This document shows positions 53,391 through 63,185 of a stretch of 64,000 nt of DNA, piece by piece. A program made the position numbers and the translations under genes. Every line of letters starts with the position of its first letter. Position 1 is the stretch's first letter. A model generated the notes under the pieces. The model saw only the letters and a program-made list of their open reading frames with translations, did not search any database and was not told where the DNA came from. Source of the DNA: Spirochaetia bacterium (GTDB lineage: Bacteria; Spirochaetota; Spirochaetia; SZUA-6; Bin103); the NCBI GenBank assembly GCA_965199955.1, contig CBDATQ010000001.1, forward strand, positions 608,001-672,000, written 5' to 3'.

Positions 53391-53993
53391 CTACAGCAGA
53401 TGGCCCATCCTGGTGCGCTTGGTCTCCAGGTAGTCCTGGTTGAACGGATTGCCGGAGGTGATCAGCGGAATGCGGTCGGTGACCGCGATCCCCTCCGCGC
53501 GCAGCCCCTCGATCTTGCCCATGTTGTTGGTCAGCAAGGCAACCGAGCGCACCTTCAGCAGTTCCAGGATGCGCGCGGCGATCCGGTAGTCGCGGGCATC
53601 GACGGGCAATCCGAGGTGCTGGTTGGCCTCGATCGTGTCCATGCCCTCGTCGTCCTGAAGCCGGTAGGCGTGCAGCTTGTTGATCAGGCCGATGCCGCGG
53701 CCCTCCTGGCGCAGGTAGATCACCGCACCGCAGGGCTGCGAGCCGATGTGGCACAGCGCGGCGTCGAGCTGCTCGCGGCAGTCGCAGCGCTGCGAGCCGA
53801 ACACCTCTCCGGTCAGGCACTCGGAGTGGACGCGGACCGGGCAGTCCTGCGCCCCGTCAATCTCGCCGTGGATGATCGCCAGGTGCTCCTGCGCGTGGTC
53901 GTCGGTGCTGAACGCGGAGAGCCGGAACTTGCCGAAGCGCGTCGGCAGATCGACGGTGGTCTCCAGTTGCACGCCGTTTCCCGTCTGTCCCAT
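53391..53993 (-). CDS. ribA: GTP cyclohydrolase II
   Basis: VRVHSECLTGEVFGSQRCDC, QEGRGIGL.NK, LLTNN. Confidence 0.95.
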   Translation of the reverse strand: MGQTGNGVQLETTVDLPTRFGKFRLSAFSTDDHAQEHLAIIHGEIDGAQDCPVRVHSECLTGEVFGSQRCDCREQLDAALCHIGSQPCGAVIYLRQEGRGIGLINKLHAYRLQDDEGMDTIEANQHLGLPVDARDYRIAARILELLKVRSVALLTNNMGKIEGLRAEGIAVTDRIPLITSGNPFNQDYLETKRTRMGHLL

Positions 53994-54068
53994 TGCGACT
54001 CTCTGGCACAACCTATGGCGTAGGCGTTCCTGGGTCAACGTTGGCGATCGGGAACGGGATCGGCGCGT

Positions 54069-54899
54069 TCAGACTCGCCTGCGGCCTCGGGAGGACCGGA
54101 TGGTCTGCGTGAGCAGCGCGAACGCCTCCTCCACGTCGTCGACCTTGTGGACGAGCTCCAGGTCGGCGGCGGTGATGGCCCCCCACTCCACCAGCTTCTC
54201 GAAGTCGACCACGTCATCCCAGTACTCGCGGCCGTAGACGATCACCTGCACGGGGCGCTGCACCTTGCGCGTCTGCAGCAGGGTCAGCACCTCGAACATC
54301 TCGTCCATGGTGCCGTAGCCGCCGGGGAACACCACCAGCGCCCGCGCCAGGTACATGAACCAGAACTTGCGCATGAAGAAGTAGTGGAACTCGACGGCCA
54401 GGCCCGGGGTGATGTAGGGGTTGGGCGCAGGCTCGTGCGGCAGGCTGATGGCCAGGCCGACGCTCTGCCCGCCCGCTTCGGCGGCGCCCCGGTTGGCGGC
54501 CTCCATCATGCCGGGACCGCCGCCGGAGCAGACGACCAGCTCATTCTCGTGCCCGGTTTCCCTGGCCCACGTGGTGAGCCTGCGTGCCAGCTCGCGGGCA
54601 TCCTCGTAGTAGGCGGCCAGCCGGACCTGGCGCTGGGCGTAGCGCGTCTCGGCGATGGACACGCCGGCTTGCCTGCCGGAGGCGGCCGCGCCGTAGCGTT
54701 GCTCCGCCTCCGCCATGGGGAGGGTCCGGCTCGATCCGAAGAACACGATGGCGTTGCGGATGCGGCGGCGGCGCAGGCGCGCCTGCGGCTCCAGGTACTC
54801 GGAGAGGATGCGCACCGTGCGGGCGTCCCGGCTGCGCAGGAATGCCAGGTTCTCGTACGCCTTGCTGATGGGCTTGGGGTCGTTCGGCTTGTCGCTCAT
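54069..54899 (-). CDS. LOG family nucleotide phosphoribohydrolase
   Basis: GGGPGMMEAANRGA, FHYFFMRK, FPGGYGTMDE. Confidence 0.9.
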   Translation of the reverse strand: MSDKPNDPKPISKAYENLAFLRSRDARTVRILSEYLEPQARLRRRRIRNAIVFFGSSRTLPMAEAEQRYGAAASGRQAGVSIAETRYAQRQVRLAAYYEDARELARRLTTWARETGHENELVVCSGGGPGMMEAANRGAAEAGGQSVGLAISLPHEPAPNPYITPGLAVEFHYFFMRKFWFMYLARALVVFPGGYGTMDEMFEVLTLLQTRKVQRPVQVIVYGREYWDDVVDFEKLVEWGAITAADLELVHKVDDVEEAFALLTQTIRSSRGRRRV

Positions 54900-54925
54900 G
54901 GCTGGTCGTCCGCGGCGGCCCGCGC

Positions 54926-55906
54926 TCAGCGGACGCCGGTCGGTACCGGCACCGAGTCCACGACGCGCTGCAGGACGGTCGCGGCGTCGAGGTTCTCGAT
55001 GCGCGCCTCGGCGGACAGCACCAGCCGGTGCGGGACCACTGCCGGCAGCATCGTTCGCACGTCCTCCGGCAGCACGAAGTCGCGCCCGTCCGCCAGCGCG
55101 AATGCCTGCGCGGCCAGCAGCACGTGCTGGGAGCATCGGGGGCTGGCGCCCAGCTTCAGCAGCGGGTTGTCGCGGGTGCGGGACGCCAGGGCGATCACGT
55201 AGTCCTTGATCGAGCCGTCGACCTGCACCTGCCGGACGGCGCCGCGCAGTGCCACGATCTCCTTGGCGCCGGCCACCGGCCGCAGATCCGTCAGCGGGTC
55301 ATCGCTCTGGAAGCGGTCCAGGATCTCCTTCTCCGCCCGGTCGGTCGGATAGCCGAGCGAGAAGGAGATGCCGAAGCGGTCCAACTCCCCCTCCGGCAGG
55401 TGGAACACGCCGACGAAGGTGACCGGGTTCTGGGTGGCGATCACGAAGAACGGCTGCGGCAGCGCGTGCGTCACCCCTTCCACGGTGACCGACCCTTCCT
55501 GCATGGCCTCCAGCAGGCTCGACTGGGTGCGCGGCGAGGCGCGGTTGATCTCGTCGGCGAGGATGAACTGGTGCATGATCGCGCCATGCCTGAACACGAA
55601 CGTGCGCTGGTCGTTGTCCCACGCGGTCATGCCGGTGATGTCGCCGGGCAGCAGGTCGGGCGTAAACTGGATGCGCGCGAAGTCCACCCCCGCGCTGGCC
55701 GCCATGACCCGCGCAAGGGTGGTCTTGCCGACGCCGGGCACGTCCTCGATCAGCACGTGCAGGCCGGATATGAAGCCGACCAGCATGAATCGCACTTCGC
55801 GGCTCTTGCCGACGAAGACGCGGGTTATGGCGTCCTCCAGGGCGCGGACCAGATCGGCGTTCGGCGGCACGGCGGCTACCTTGGTGCATCCGCGATAACG
55901 GGTCAA
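54926..55906 (-). CDS. MoxR family AAA+ ATPase
   Basis: DVPGVGKT, RIQFTPDLLPGD, DEINRA, ATQNP; start uncertain. Confidence 0.92.
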   Translation of the reverse strand: MTRYRGCTKVAAVPPNADLVRALEDAITRVFVGKSREVRFMLVGFISGLHVLIEDVPGVGKTTLARVMAASAGVDFARIQFTPDLLPGDITGMTAWDNDQRTFVFRHGAIMHQFILADEINRASPRTQSSLLEAMQEGSVTVEGVTHALPQPFFVIATQNPVTFVGVFHLPEGELDRFGISFSLGYPTDRAEKEILDRFQSDDPLTDLRPVAGAKEIVALRGAVRQVQVDGSIKDYVIALASRTRDNPLLKLGASPRCSQHVLLAAQAFALADGRDFVLPEDVRTMLPAVVPHRLVLSAEARIENLDAATVLQRVVDSVPVPTGVR

Positions 55907-55957
55907 CGCGCGAATGTTTGACCGCGCATCCTTGCGCCACTACTGTCTGATGACCCT

Positions 55958-57175
55958 ATGATTTCCGTGGCGGAGGCCGATCGCATCCTCGCCGATGAAG
56001 CGTGGTCGCTGCCGGCCGAACCGGTGCCGTTGCCCGAGTCCTACGGTCGCATCCTACGGTTGCCGCTGCGCTCCGACCGCGACCTGCCTCCCTACGACCG
56101 GGCGACCATGGACGGCATCGCCGTGCGCTCCGCGGCACTGGCCGCGGGCAGCCGCCGGTTCGCGGTGGAAGCCGAGGCGGTCGCCGGACAGCCGGCGGTC
56201 AGCCTGTCCGACGACAGGGGCTGCGTGCGCATCATGACCGGCGCGGTGTTGCCGAGCGGCGCCGACGCGGTAATCCGGTCGGAAGACGTCACCTTCGGCG
56301 ACGGCGCGGCCGAGGTCGCCGCCGGCGTCGAGGCTCCGCCGTGGCACAACGTGCACCGCACCGCCAGCGACGGACGCGCCGGAGACGTCGTGATGGAGCC
56401 CGGCGCCCGCATCGGCGAGCGCGAGGCGGCGGTGATCGCCTCGATCGGCGCATCGCAGGTCAGCGTCTCGCGGCTTCCCCGCATCGCCATCCTCACCACC
56501 GGGGACGAGGTGATGGCGGTCGATGGCCCGGTGGAGCCGCACCAGATCCGGCAGAGCAATCGCTACGCGGCCGAGGCGATCCTGCAGGGGGCGGGGTTGC
56601 CGGCGGGCAGCGAGCACCTTCCCGACGACCAGGAACGGCTCGGCGACCGTGCCCGGCGGTTGCTGGCCGACCACGACGTGCTGATCACCACCGGCGCGGT
56701 TTCCATGGGGGTGACCGACAACATGCCGCAGGTACTCGCCGCCGCCGGCATGCAGGAGCGCTTTCACCGCCTCGACCAGCGGCCGGGCAAGCCGCTCTGG
56801 TTCGGCACCGGCTCCGCCGACGGCGTTCCGCGGGCCGCCTTCGGGCTGCCGGGCAACCCGGTGTCGGTCGCGGTCTGCCTGCGGCGTTACGTCCTGCCGT
56901 TCCTGTTCCGGCTGCTGGAAGCCGCGCCGCCGGCGCCGGAGGCCGCGGCCCTGACCGAAGAGGTGCGCTTCCCGATGCCGCTCACCTATTACCTGCCGGT
57001 CGCCCTGGACTGCTCCGAGGGCAGGCTTGCTGCCGCGCCACGTCCCACCGGCAGCTCCGGGGACTACCTGCGGCTCATGGCCTCCGACGGCTTCGTCGAG
57101 CTCCCCGCGGGGCCCGACCGCTTCGCCGCCGGACACGTGGCGCCGCTGTACCGCTGGGGTGCCCGTGCCGGCTGA
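55958..57175 (+). CDS. moeA: Molybdopterin molybdotransferase
   Basis: MDGIA, IMTGA, TTGDE, ITTG.VS.G..D, PGKP, GLPGNPVS. Confidence 0.93.
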   Translation: MISVAEADRILADEAWSLPAEPVPLPESYGRILRLPLRSDRDLPPYDRATMDGIAVRSAALAAGSRRFAVEAEAVAGQPAVSLSDDRGCVRIMTGAVLPSGADAVIRSEDVTFGDGAAEVAAGVEAPPWHNVHRTASDGRAGDVVMEPGARIGEREAAVIASIGASQVSVSRLPRIAILTTGDEVMAVDGPVEPHQIRQSNRYAAEAILQGAGLPAGSEHLPDDQERLGDRARRLLADHDVLITTGAVSMGVTDNMPQVLAAAGMQERFHRLDQRPGKPLWFGTGSADGVPRAAFGLPGNPVSVAVCLRRYVLPFLFRLLEAAPPAPEAAALTEEVRFPMPLTYYLPVALDCSEGRLAAAPRPTGSSGDYLRLMASDGFVELPAGPDRFAAGHVAPLYRWGARAG

Positions 57176-58253
57176 AACCGGCGGCGACCGCTTCGGGCGC
57201 GCCCTGCACGACCTGCGCGTGTCGGTCACCGACCGCTGCAACTTCCGCTGCCCGTACTGCATGCCCAAGGAGGAGTTCGGCGACGACTACCGGTTTGTCC
57301 CCACCGCCGATCAGCTCACCGATGCCGAGACCGTGCGGCTGGCCGGTCTGTTCGCCGACCTGGGCGTCCGCAAGCTGCGCATCACCGGCGGCGAGCCGCT
57401 GCTGCGCCGCAACCTGACGGGGCTGATCGCGGCGCTCGCATCGCTGCGCGAGCGCGGCATCGACGACATCGCGCTGACCACCAACGGATTTCTGCTCGAA
57501 CGGCACGCGCAGGCGCTGGCCGACGCAGGTCTGGACCGGGTGACGGTCAGCCTGGACTCGCTGGACCCGCACGTGTTCGAGCACCTGAACGGACTGAACC
57601 AGCCGCTTGCGCCGGTGCTGCGCGGCCTGGACGCCGCGGCGGCGGCCGGCCTTGGGCCGGTCAAGATCAACGTCGTGGTGCTGCGCGGCGTCAACGACGA
57701 CGGGCTGATCGACCTGGTGGAGCGCTTCCGCGGCACCGACGTCACGGTCCGCTTCATCGAGTACATGGACGTCGGCAACCGCAACGGCTGGTCGGCCGAG
57801 CAGGTGGTCCCGTCGCGGCGCATCGTCGCCGACATCCACGCCATGCACCCGCTGGAGCCGCTGGAACCCGCGTACGCGGGCGAGGTGGCGCGGCGCTACC
57901 GCTACGCCGACGGCGCGGGCGAGATCGGCTTCATCTCCAGCGTGTCGGAGCCGTTCTGCGGAGACTGCACGCGCGCACGGCTGGCGGTGGACGGCACGCT
58001 GTACACCTGCCTGTTCGCCTGGAAAGGCGTGCCGCTCCTGCCTCTGCTCCGGAGCGGCGCCGGTGACGCGGAAGTCGCCCGGGTCGTGCGCGAGACCTGG
58101 GAGCGGCGCGACGACCGCTACTCCGAGGACCGCAAGCGGATCCGGGTATTCATGGACAGCAGGCGCAGCGGCGGCAACGGCCGGGCGGCCGATGGCGCCG
58201 AACAGGAAGTGGCCGAGCACGCCAAGGTCGAGATGCACCATGTCGGTGGCTGA
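57165..58253 (+). CDS. moaA: GTP 3',8-cyclase
   Basis: LRVSVTDRCNFRCPYCMP, FCGDC.RAR, C-terminal GG. Confidence 0.95.
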   Translation: MPAETGGDRFGRALHDLRVSVTDRCNFRCPYCMPKEEFGDDYRFVPTADQLTDAETVRLAGLFADLGVRKLRITGGEPLLRRNLTGLIAALASLRERGIDDIALTTNGFLLERHAQALADAGLDRVTVSLDSLDPHVFEHLNGLNQPLAPVLRGLDAAAAAGLGPVKINVVVLRGVNDDGLIDLVERFRGTDVTVRFIEYMDVGNRNGWSAEQVVPSRRIVADIHAMHPLEPLEPAYAGEVARRYRYADGAGEIGFISSVSEPFCGDCTRARLAVDGTLYTCLFAWKGVPLLPLLRSGAGDAEVARVVRETWERRDDRYSEDRKRIRVFMDSRRSGGNGRAADGAEQEVAEHAKVEMHHVGG

Positions 58254-58785
58254 CCCGGCCGGCGGGTCCGGCTTCACGCATCTCGACGCCGCCGGGCATC
58301 CGCGCATGGTGGATGTCTCCGCCAAGGGCGCGACCACCCGCACGGCGACCGCGCGGGCGCTGGTGTCGCTGCCCCCCGCCGTTCGCGAGCGGCTGACCGG
58401 AGCGGGCGGGAACGGCGCCGACCACGCCGGATCCGGGGCCGACATCGTCACCGCCAAGGGACCGGTGTTCCACACCGCGCGCATCGCCGGGATCATGGCG
58501 GCCAAGCGAACGGCGGAGCTGATCCCGCTCTGCCATCCGATCGGCCTGGAGGACTGCACAATCGACATCGGCCAGACGCCGGCCGGCGACCTGTCGATCG
58601 AATGCCGGACGGTCGTCACCCACAAGACCGGGGTGGAGATGGAGGCGCTCACCGGCGCCAGCGTGGCGGCGCTGACCGTCTACGACATGTGTAAGGCGAT
58701 CAGCCGTGGCATCGTCATCAAGGACGTGAGACTGATGAGCAAGTCGGGCGGCAGGAGCGGTGACTACCATGCCGACGGCGCCTGA
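58240..58785 (+). CDS. moaC: Cyclic pyranopterin monophosphate synthase
   Basis: MVDVSAK, LIPLCHP, TGVEMEALT, KSGG. Confidence 0.95.
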   Translation: MSVADPAGGSGFTHLDAAGHPRMVDVSAKGATTRTATARALVSLPPAVRERLTGAGGNGADHAGSGADIVTAKGPVFHTARIAGIMAAKRTAELIPLCHPIGLEDCTIDIGQTPAGDLSIECRTVVTHKTGVEMEALTGASVAALTVYDMCKAISRGIVIKDVRLMSKSGGRSGDYHADGA

Positions 58786-58792
58786 GTCGACC

Positions 58793-59068
58793 ATGGCGTG
58801 CGGCGGGCCGGCCGTCGGAGAGGCGGGCGTGACGGTGCGCATCCGCTACTTCGCCATCCTGCGCGAGGAGCGGGGCCGGGAGGAGGAGTCGCTGGCGACC
58901 GGCGCCGCCACCGTCGCGGAGCTGTACGATGAGTTGCGCGCGCGCTTCGCCTTCAGCCTGCCCGCGGATCGGCTGCGGGTCGCGTGCAACGGCGACTTCG
59001 TCCCGTGGAGCCGGCCGCTGCGCGACGGCGACCTAGTGGTGTTCATCCCGCCGGTGGCCGGCGGATGA
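58793..59068 (+). CDS. moaD: Molybdopterin synthase sulfur carrier
   Basis: YFA.LRE...FIPPVAGG C-terminus; start uncertain. Confidence 0.92.
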   Translation: MACGGPAVGEAGVTVRIRYFAILREERGREEESLATGAATVAELYDELRARFAFSLPADRLRVACNGDFVPWSRPLRDGDLVVFIPPVAGG

Positions 59069-59532
59069 GCAACCCGATGACCGAATCGCCGCGTGCGAAC
59101 TTCACGCTGGCCGCTGTCGCCGTCGATCCCGAAGCGCTCAAGGCGCGGCTGGCGCATCCCGCGGCGGGTGCCTTGGCCACCTTCGAGGGGTGGGTGCGCA
59201 ACCATGCGGACGGCCGCGCCGTGTGCACCCTGGAGTACCAGGTCTACCCGGAACTGGCGCAAGCCGAAGGTGAGCGCGTGGTGACAGACGCGCTACACAC
59301 GTTCGACGTGATCGCCGTACATTGCGTTCATCGCTCTGGTATGCTTCAAGTAGGAGACATGGCAGTGTGGGTCGGAGTCGCCGCCGCGCACCGCGCCGCG
59401 GCCTTCGACGCCTGCCGCTATGTCATCGACAAGATCAAGCAGAGGCTGCCGATCTGGAAACGCGAGAGCTACGCCGAAGGCGACTCCGGTTGGGTCAACT
59501 GCCAGGTAATCGCGGCGCCGGCTGCACAGTGA
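59065..59532 (+). CDS. moaE: Molybdopterin synthase catalytic subunit
   Basis: GA...FEGWVRN, HR.G.L.VG, AHR..AF, PIWKRE. Confidence 0.93.
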   Translation: MSNPMTESPRANFTLAAVAVDPEALKARLAHPAAGALATFEGWVRNHADGRAVCTLEYQVYPELAQAEGERVVTDALHTFDVIAVHCVHRSGMLQVGDMAVWVGVAAAHRAAAFDACRYVIDKIKQRLPIWKRESYAEGDSGWVNCQVIAAPAAQ

Positions 59533-59540
59533 GGTGACAC

Positions 59541-60512
59541 GTGGCAGCGAGTAAACGCAGGGACTACGAAGCGGACATCAAGTGGTGGGAGATCACCGAC
59601 CGCGAGCACTTTATCGACCGGCGAGAGTTCATGCGCCGGGCCGGAACGGTGGCCGCCGGCATCGGGCTGGCTACCGTCGTGCCCGGATTCGTGGGCAAGG
59701 CTTTCGCCCAGGGCGGAGCGTTTCCCGGTCTTCCCGGCAGCATCTACGATGCCGAGGAAGCGCCCAACACCCTGCACGAGGCCATCAACAAGAACAACTT
59801 CTACGAGATAGGCGTCACCTCGAGCCGCCGGCCGCGGAGAGAAGAGGGGTTCACCATCAGTCCGTGGCAGGTCTCCATCGGCGGTGAGGTGGACAATCCG
59901 GGGGTGATCGATCTCCAGGACCTGATTTCCCGGTACCGCGACAAGCTGGAGGAGCGTATCTATCGCCTGCGCTGCGTCGAGCGCTGGGCGATGGTGATTC
60001 CATGGGTAGGGTTCCCGCTCCACCACCTGATCAAGGACTACGGGCCCACCTCGCGTGCGAAGTACCTCCGCTTCGAGACCTTCTTCGACGCCGATCAGAT
60101 GCCGCGTGCCCTCCGTTCCATCAGGTATCCCTACGTCGAGGGTCTGCGCATGGACGAGGCGATGAACGACCTGACGCTCGTTACCGTGGGGATGTACGGC
60201 GACGTTCTCCAGACGCCCAATGGGCCGCCCATCCGCATCATGGTTCCCTGGAAGTACGGCTACAAGAGCATCAAGTCGATCATCAAGATCGACTTCGTGG
60301 AGGAGCAGCCGGTGAGCACGTGGACCATGGCGGCCCCGCACGAATACGGTTTCTACTCGAACGTGAATCCCGAGCGGGCCCACCCTCGGTGGAGCCAGCG
60401 CCTGGAGAACCGTATCGGCGTCGGCGGCAGGCGCGAAACGGTGAAGTTCAACGGCTATGGTGAATGGGTCGCCTCGATGTACGAGGGCATGGATCTGATC
60501 AAGTATCACTGA
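59541..60512 (+). CDS. msrP: Methionine sulfoxide reductase catalytic subunit MsrP, copy 1
   Basis: Tat RREFM, NNFYE, ERIYRLRCVE.W.MVIPW.GFPL, PWKYG.KSIKSI. Confidence 0.92.
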   Translation: MAASKRRDYEADIKWWEITDREHFIDRREFMRRAGTVAAGIGLATVVPGFVGKAFAQGGAFPGLPGSIYDAEEAPNTLHEAINKNNFYEIGVTSSRRPRREEGFTISPWQVSIGGEVDNPGVIDLQDLISRYRDKLEERIYRLRCVERWAMVIPWVGFPLHHLIKDYGPTSRAKYLRFETFFDADQMPRALRSIRYPYVEGLRMDEAMNDLTLVTVGMYGDVLQTPNGPPIRIMVPWKYGYKSIKSIIKIDFVEEQPVSTWTMAAPHEYGFYSNVNPERAHPRWSQRLENRIGVGGRRETVKFNGYGEWVASMYEGMDLIKYH

Positions 60513-60528
60513 GGCTGAGGAGGGACCC

Positions 60529-61209
60529 ATGGCGGACGCGAAACGGAAGCGGCGCAATCCTGCTCAGGTCGCCAAGCGCGCCAAGCTGGTCGTCCTTCCG
60601 CTGACCATGGTGCCGCTGGCCATCGCCTTGGTGCGCTACTTCACCGACCAGTTCGGGGTCGACGCGATCGGCGACTTTACGCTGGACACCGGGAACTGGG
60701 GTATCAGGCTGCTGCTGGCCACGCTCGCCGTCACACCCGTACGCGAGTTGACCGGCTGGAACTGGCTCATCACCTACCGCCGGCCGCTCGGTCTGGCAGC
60801 ATTCTACTACCTGTGCGTCCACCTGCTGGTCTACGCGTACCTGGACTTCGCATTGAACCTGGAGTTCATCCTGATCGATGTCACCGAGTCGATCTTCATC
60901 GTGGTGGGAGTGGCCGGGTTCCTGCTGTTGATCCCATTGGCGATCACCTCCACCACCGGCTGGATCCGTCGCTTGGGCAAGCGCTGGCGCATGCTGCACC
61001 GGCTGGCGTACCTCGCGCTCATCCTGGGGGTCGTGCACTATCTTCTTCAGGTCAAGGAAATCACCTTCCAGCTTGCGGCCTACATGGTTGCCGGCGCGCT
61101 CCTGCTCGGCTACCGCGTCGTCGCGCCACTGCTGAAGCGTGCCGGCGCCGGGAAGTCGTCGGCTCGCAGTCGCCAGGCAGCGACTACACCGCGCCCGGGC
61201 GGAGGCTGA
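60529..61209 (+). CDS. msrQ: Heme-binding membrane subunit MsrQ, copy 1
   Basis: TLAVTP, RRPLGL.AF.Y..H, LAITS, W..LHRL.Y. Confidence 0.9.
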   Translation: MADAKRKRRNPAQVAKRAKLVVLPLTMVPLAIALVRYFTDQFGVDAIGDFTLDTGNWGIRLLLATLAVTPVRELTGWNWLITYRRPLGLAAFYYLCVHLLVYAYLDFALNLEFILIDVTESIFIVVGVAGFLLLIPLAITSTTGWIRRLGKRWRMLHRLAYLALILGVVHYLLQVKEITFQLAAYMVAGALLLGYRVVAPLLKRAGAGKSSARSRQAATTPRPGGG

Positions 61210-61282
61210 CCCGGGAAGCCAAAGAGCATCTGGATAAACCGTCAACGCGTCGGGGAGCCAGTCCCCGGGGAGGAAGGAGAAC

Positions 61283-62266
61283 ATGATCAAGAGATCGCTC
61301 GCTAGCCGGCTGAATGCCGACATCGTCCCGTCGGAGATCACCGATCGCGACGTCTACCTGAGTCGACGCCAGTTCCTGGCGCGTGCCGGCGGCGCGGCCG
61401 CCGGCACCGCCCTGGTGCTGGGCGCGCCGGCTCTGTCGTGGCCGCTGGACGCCTCCGTCTACGCGAACGCGACGCCCTCGCCCTTGAGCACCGATGAGCC
61501 ACAGACCACCTTCATGCAGGCGACCACCTACAACAACTTCTGGGAGTTCGGAGACAAGAAGCACCATCCGGCGGAGAACTCGAAGGACTTCAAACCGCGC
61601 CCCTGGGAGGTGACCATCTCGGGCGAAGTGGGAAAGCCGCTGACCCTGGACATCGACGACCTGATCGGGCGCTTCTCGCTTGAGGAACGCATCTACCGGC
61701 TGCGCTGCGTGGAGGGATGGTCGATGGTGATCCCGTGGATCGGCTTTCCCCTGTCGGAGCTGATCAGCGCCGTCGAGCCGACCTCGAAAGCGAAGTTCGT
61801 GCACTTCGTCACGCTCTACTCGAAGGAGCAATTCCCGGCGCACAGGACCAATTCATACCTGTCCGGTCTTTGGCCGTACGAGGAGGCGCTGCGCCTGGAC
61901 GAGGCGATGAACGAGCTGACCATGATGGCGGTCGGCATGTACGGGCAGGAGCTGGCGAACACCAACGGGGCGCCGATGCGCCTGCTGGTGCCGTGGAAGT
62001 ACGGCTTCAAGAACATCAAGTCGATCGTGTCCATCGAGCTGACCGAGCAGCAGCCCAAGGCCACCTGGAACCAGGCCAATCCGCGGTACTACGGCTGGTA
62101 TTCCAACGTGAACCCGCGAGTCAACCCGGTCCCCTACAGTCAGGCGACCGAGCGGCGCTATGCGGAGGGCACGGTAATCGGTCGGCGCCGCACCGAGCTG
62201 TTCAACGGCTACGGGGAGTACGTCGCCGACCTGTACAAGGACCTGGACCTGCGCCGCAACTACTGA
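61283..62266 (+). CDS. msrP: MsrP, copy 2
   Basis: Tat RRQFL, YNNFWEF, RLRCVEGWSMVIPW, PWKYGFK. Confidence 0.92.
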   Translation: MIKRSLASRLNADIVPSEITDRDVYLSRRQFLARAGGAAAGTALVLGAPALSWPLDASVYANATPSPLSTDEPQTTFMQATTYNNFWEFGDKKHHPAENSKDFKPRPWEVTISGEVGKPLTLDIDDLIGRFSLEERIYRLRCVEGWSMVIPWIGFPLSELISAVEPTSKAKFVHFVTLYSKEQFPAHRTNSYLSGLWPYEEALRLDEAMNELTMMAVGMYGQELANTNGAPMRLLVPWKYGFKNIKSIVSIELTEQQPKATWNQANPRYYGWYSNVNPRVNPVPYSQATERRYAEGTVIGRRRTELFNGYGEYVADLYKDLDLRRNY

Positions 62267-62276
62267 CGGTTCCGCG

Positions 62277-62915
62277 GTGAATCCGTTCCGACAGTTCTGG
62301 GATGCGCGGCCGATCGAACGCGCGCGTCTGGTCAAGCCGGCGCTGTACGCGGCAGCGTTGCTGCCGCTTGTCAACATCGCGCAGGGCTGGTTCCGCGGCT
62401 CGTTCGAGACGAGTTCGATCCTGATTGATGAGGTGACGCTGCGCAGCGGCAACTGGGCGATCCGCTTCCTGCTGGCGTCGCTGGCGGTGACGCCGCTGCG
62501 CGGCCTGACCAAGTGGAATTGGCTTGCCACCTACCGGCGTCCGCTCGGATTGCTGGCGTTCACTTACGCCCTGCTGCACGTGCTGATCTACACGGTGCTG
62601 GACTTCGCCCTGGCATTCGACCTGATTATCCTGGACATCGTCGGCGCCGGCTACATCATCGTCGGGCTCACCGCCTTCGCCGCCATGGCGCCACTGGCGG
62701 TGACGTCGACCACCGGCTGGATCCGCAGGCTCGGCAAGAACTGGACGGTGCTGCACCGGCTGGCGTACCTGGCGCTTGCCGCCGGTGTCGTCCACTACGC
62801 CCTGCAACTCAAGCACCTGGAGTCCCAGTTCCTGATCTACGCCGTGATCGGCGCCGTGCTGCTGGGCTATCGCGGCGTGAACGCGCTCGCGGCGTCGGCG
62901 GCCAAGCGACGGTAG
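62277..62915 (+). CDS. msrQ: MsrQ, copy 2
   Basis: SLAVTP, RRPLGL.AF.Y..H, LAVTS, W..LHRLAY. Confidence 0.9.
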   Translation: MNPFRQFWDARPIERARLVKPALYAAALLPLVNIAQGWFRGSFETSSILIDEVTLRSGNWAIRFLLASLAVTPLRGLTKWNWLATYRRPLGLLAFTYALLHVLIYTVLDFALAFDLIILDIVGAGYIIVGLTAFAAMAPLAVTSTTGWIRRLGKNWTVLHRLAYLALAAGVVHYALQLKHLESQFLIYAVIGAVLLGYRGVNALAASAAKRR

Positions 62916-62949
62916 CCCAACCCCGGTCGCCTCACCGCGTACGAGCGGA

Positions 62950-63036
62950 AGTCGCGATCTCCGAGCGCACCCGCAGTCCGCTCTTGGTCGGCGCAGCGCC
63001 GATCAGATTGGCCACCACGGCCGGACTGACCAACGG
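62950..63036 (-). mobile_element. Short remnant of an ISAzo13-family transposase
   Basis: PLVSPAVVANLIGAAPTKSGLRVRSEIAT resembles the recalled C-terminal PL.S..V..NLI..TTT..GL.V...LD motif. Confidence 0.55.
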
Positions 63037-63185
63037 ATCGGCGCTGCCGTCGGCGACCACGACGGTCAGCTGTCGCCGATCGTAGAGTACAATTTGTCAC
63101 GAGCGGAGTTGCCGCGCGTGGGAGGCGTCTCTCAGCAGCTCCGGTGCCCTCCGGTAGGTCTCAGGGCGTAAGCGCGCTGACGGCG

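Noticed and set aside
55907..55957. Moco riboswitch or ModE box before moeA
   Set aside because: Intergenic space is too short and no recognisable motif
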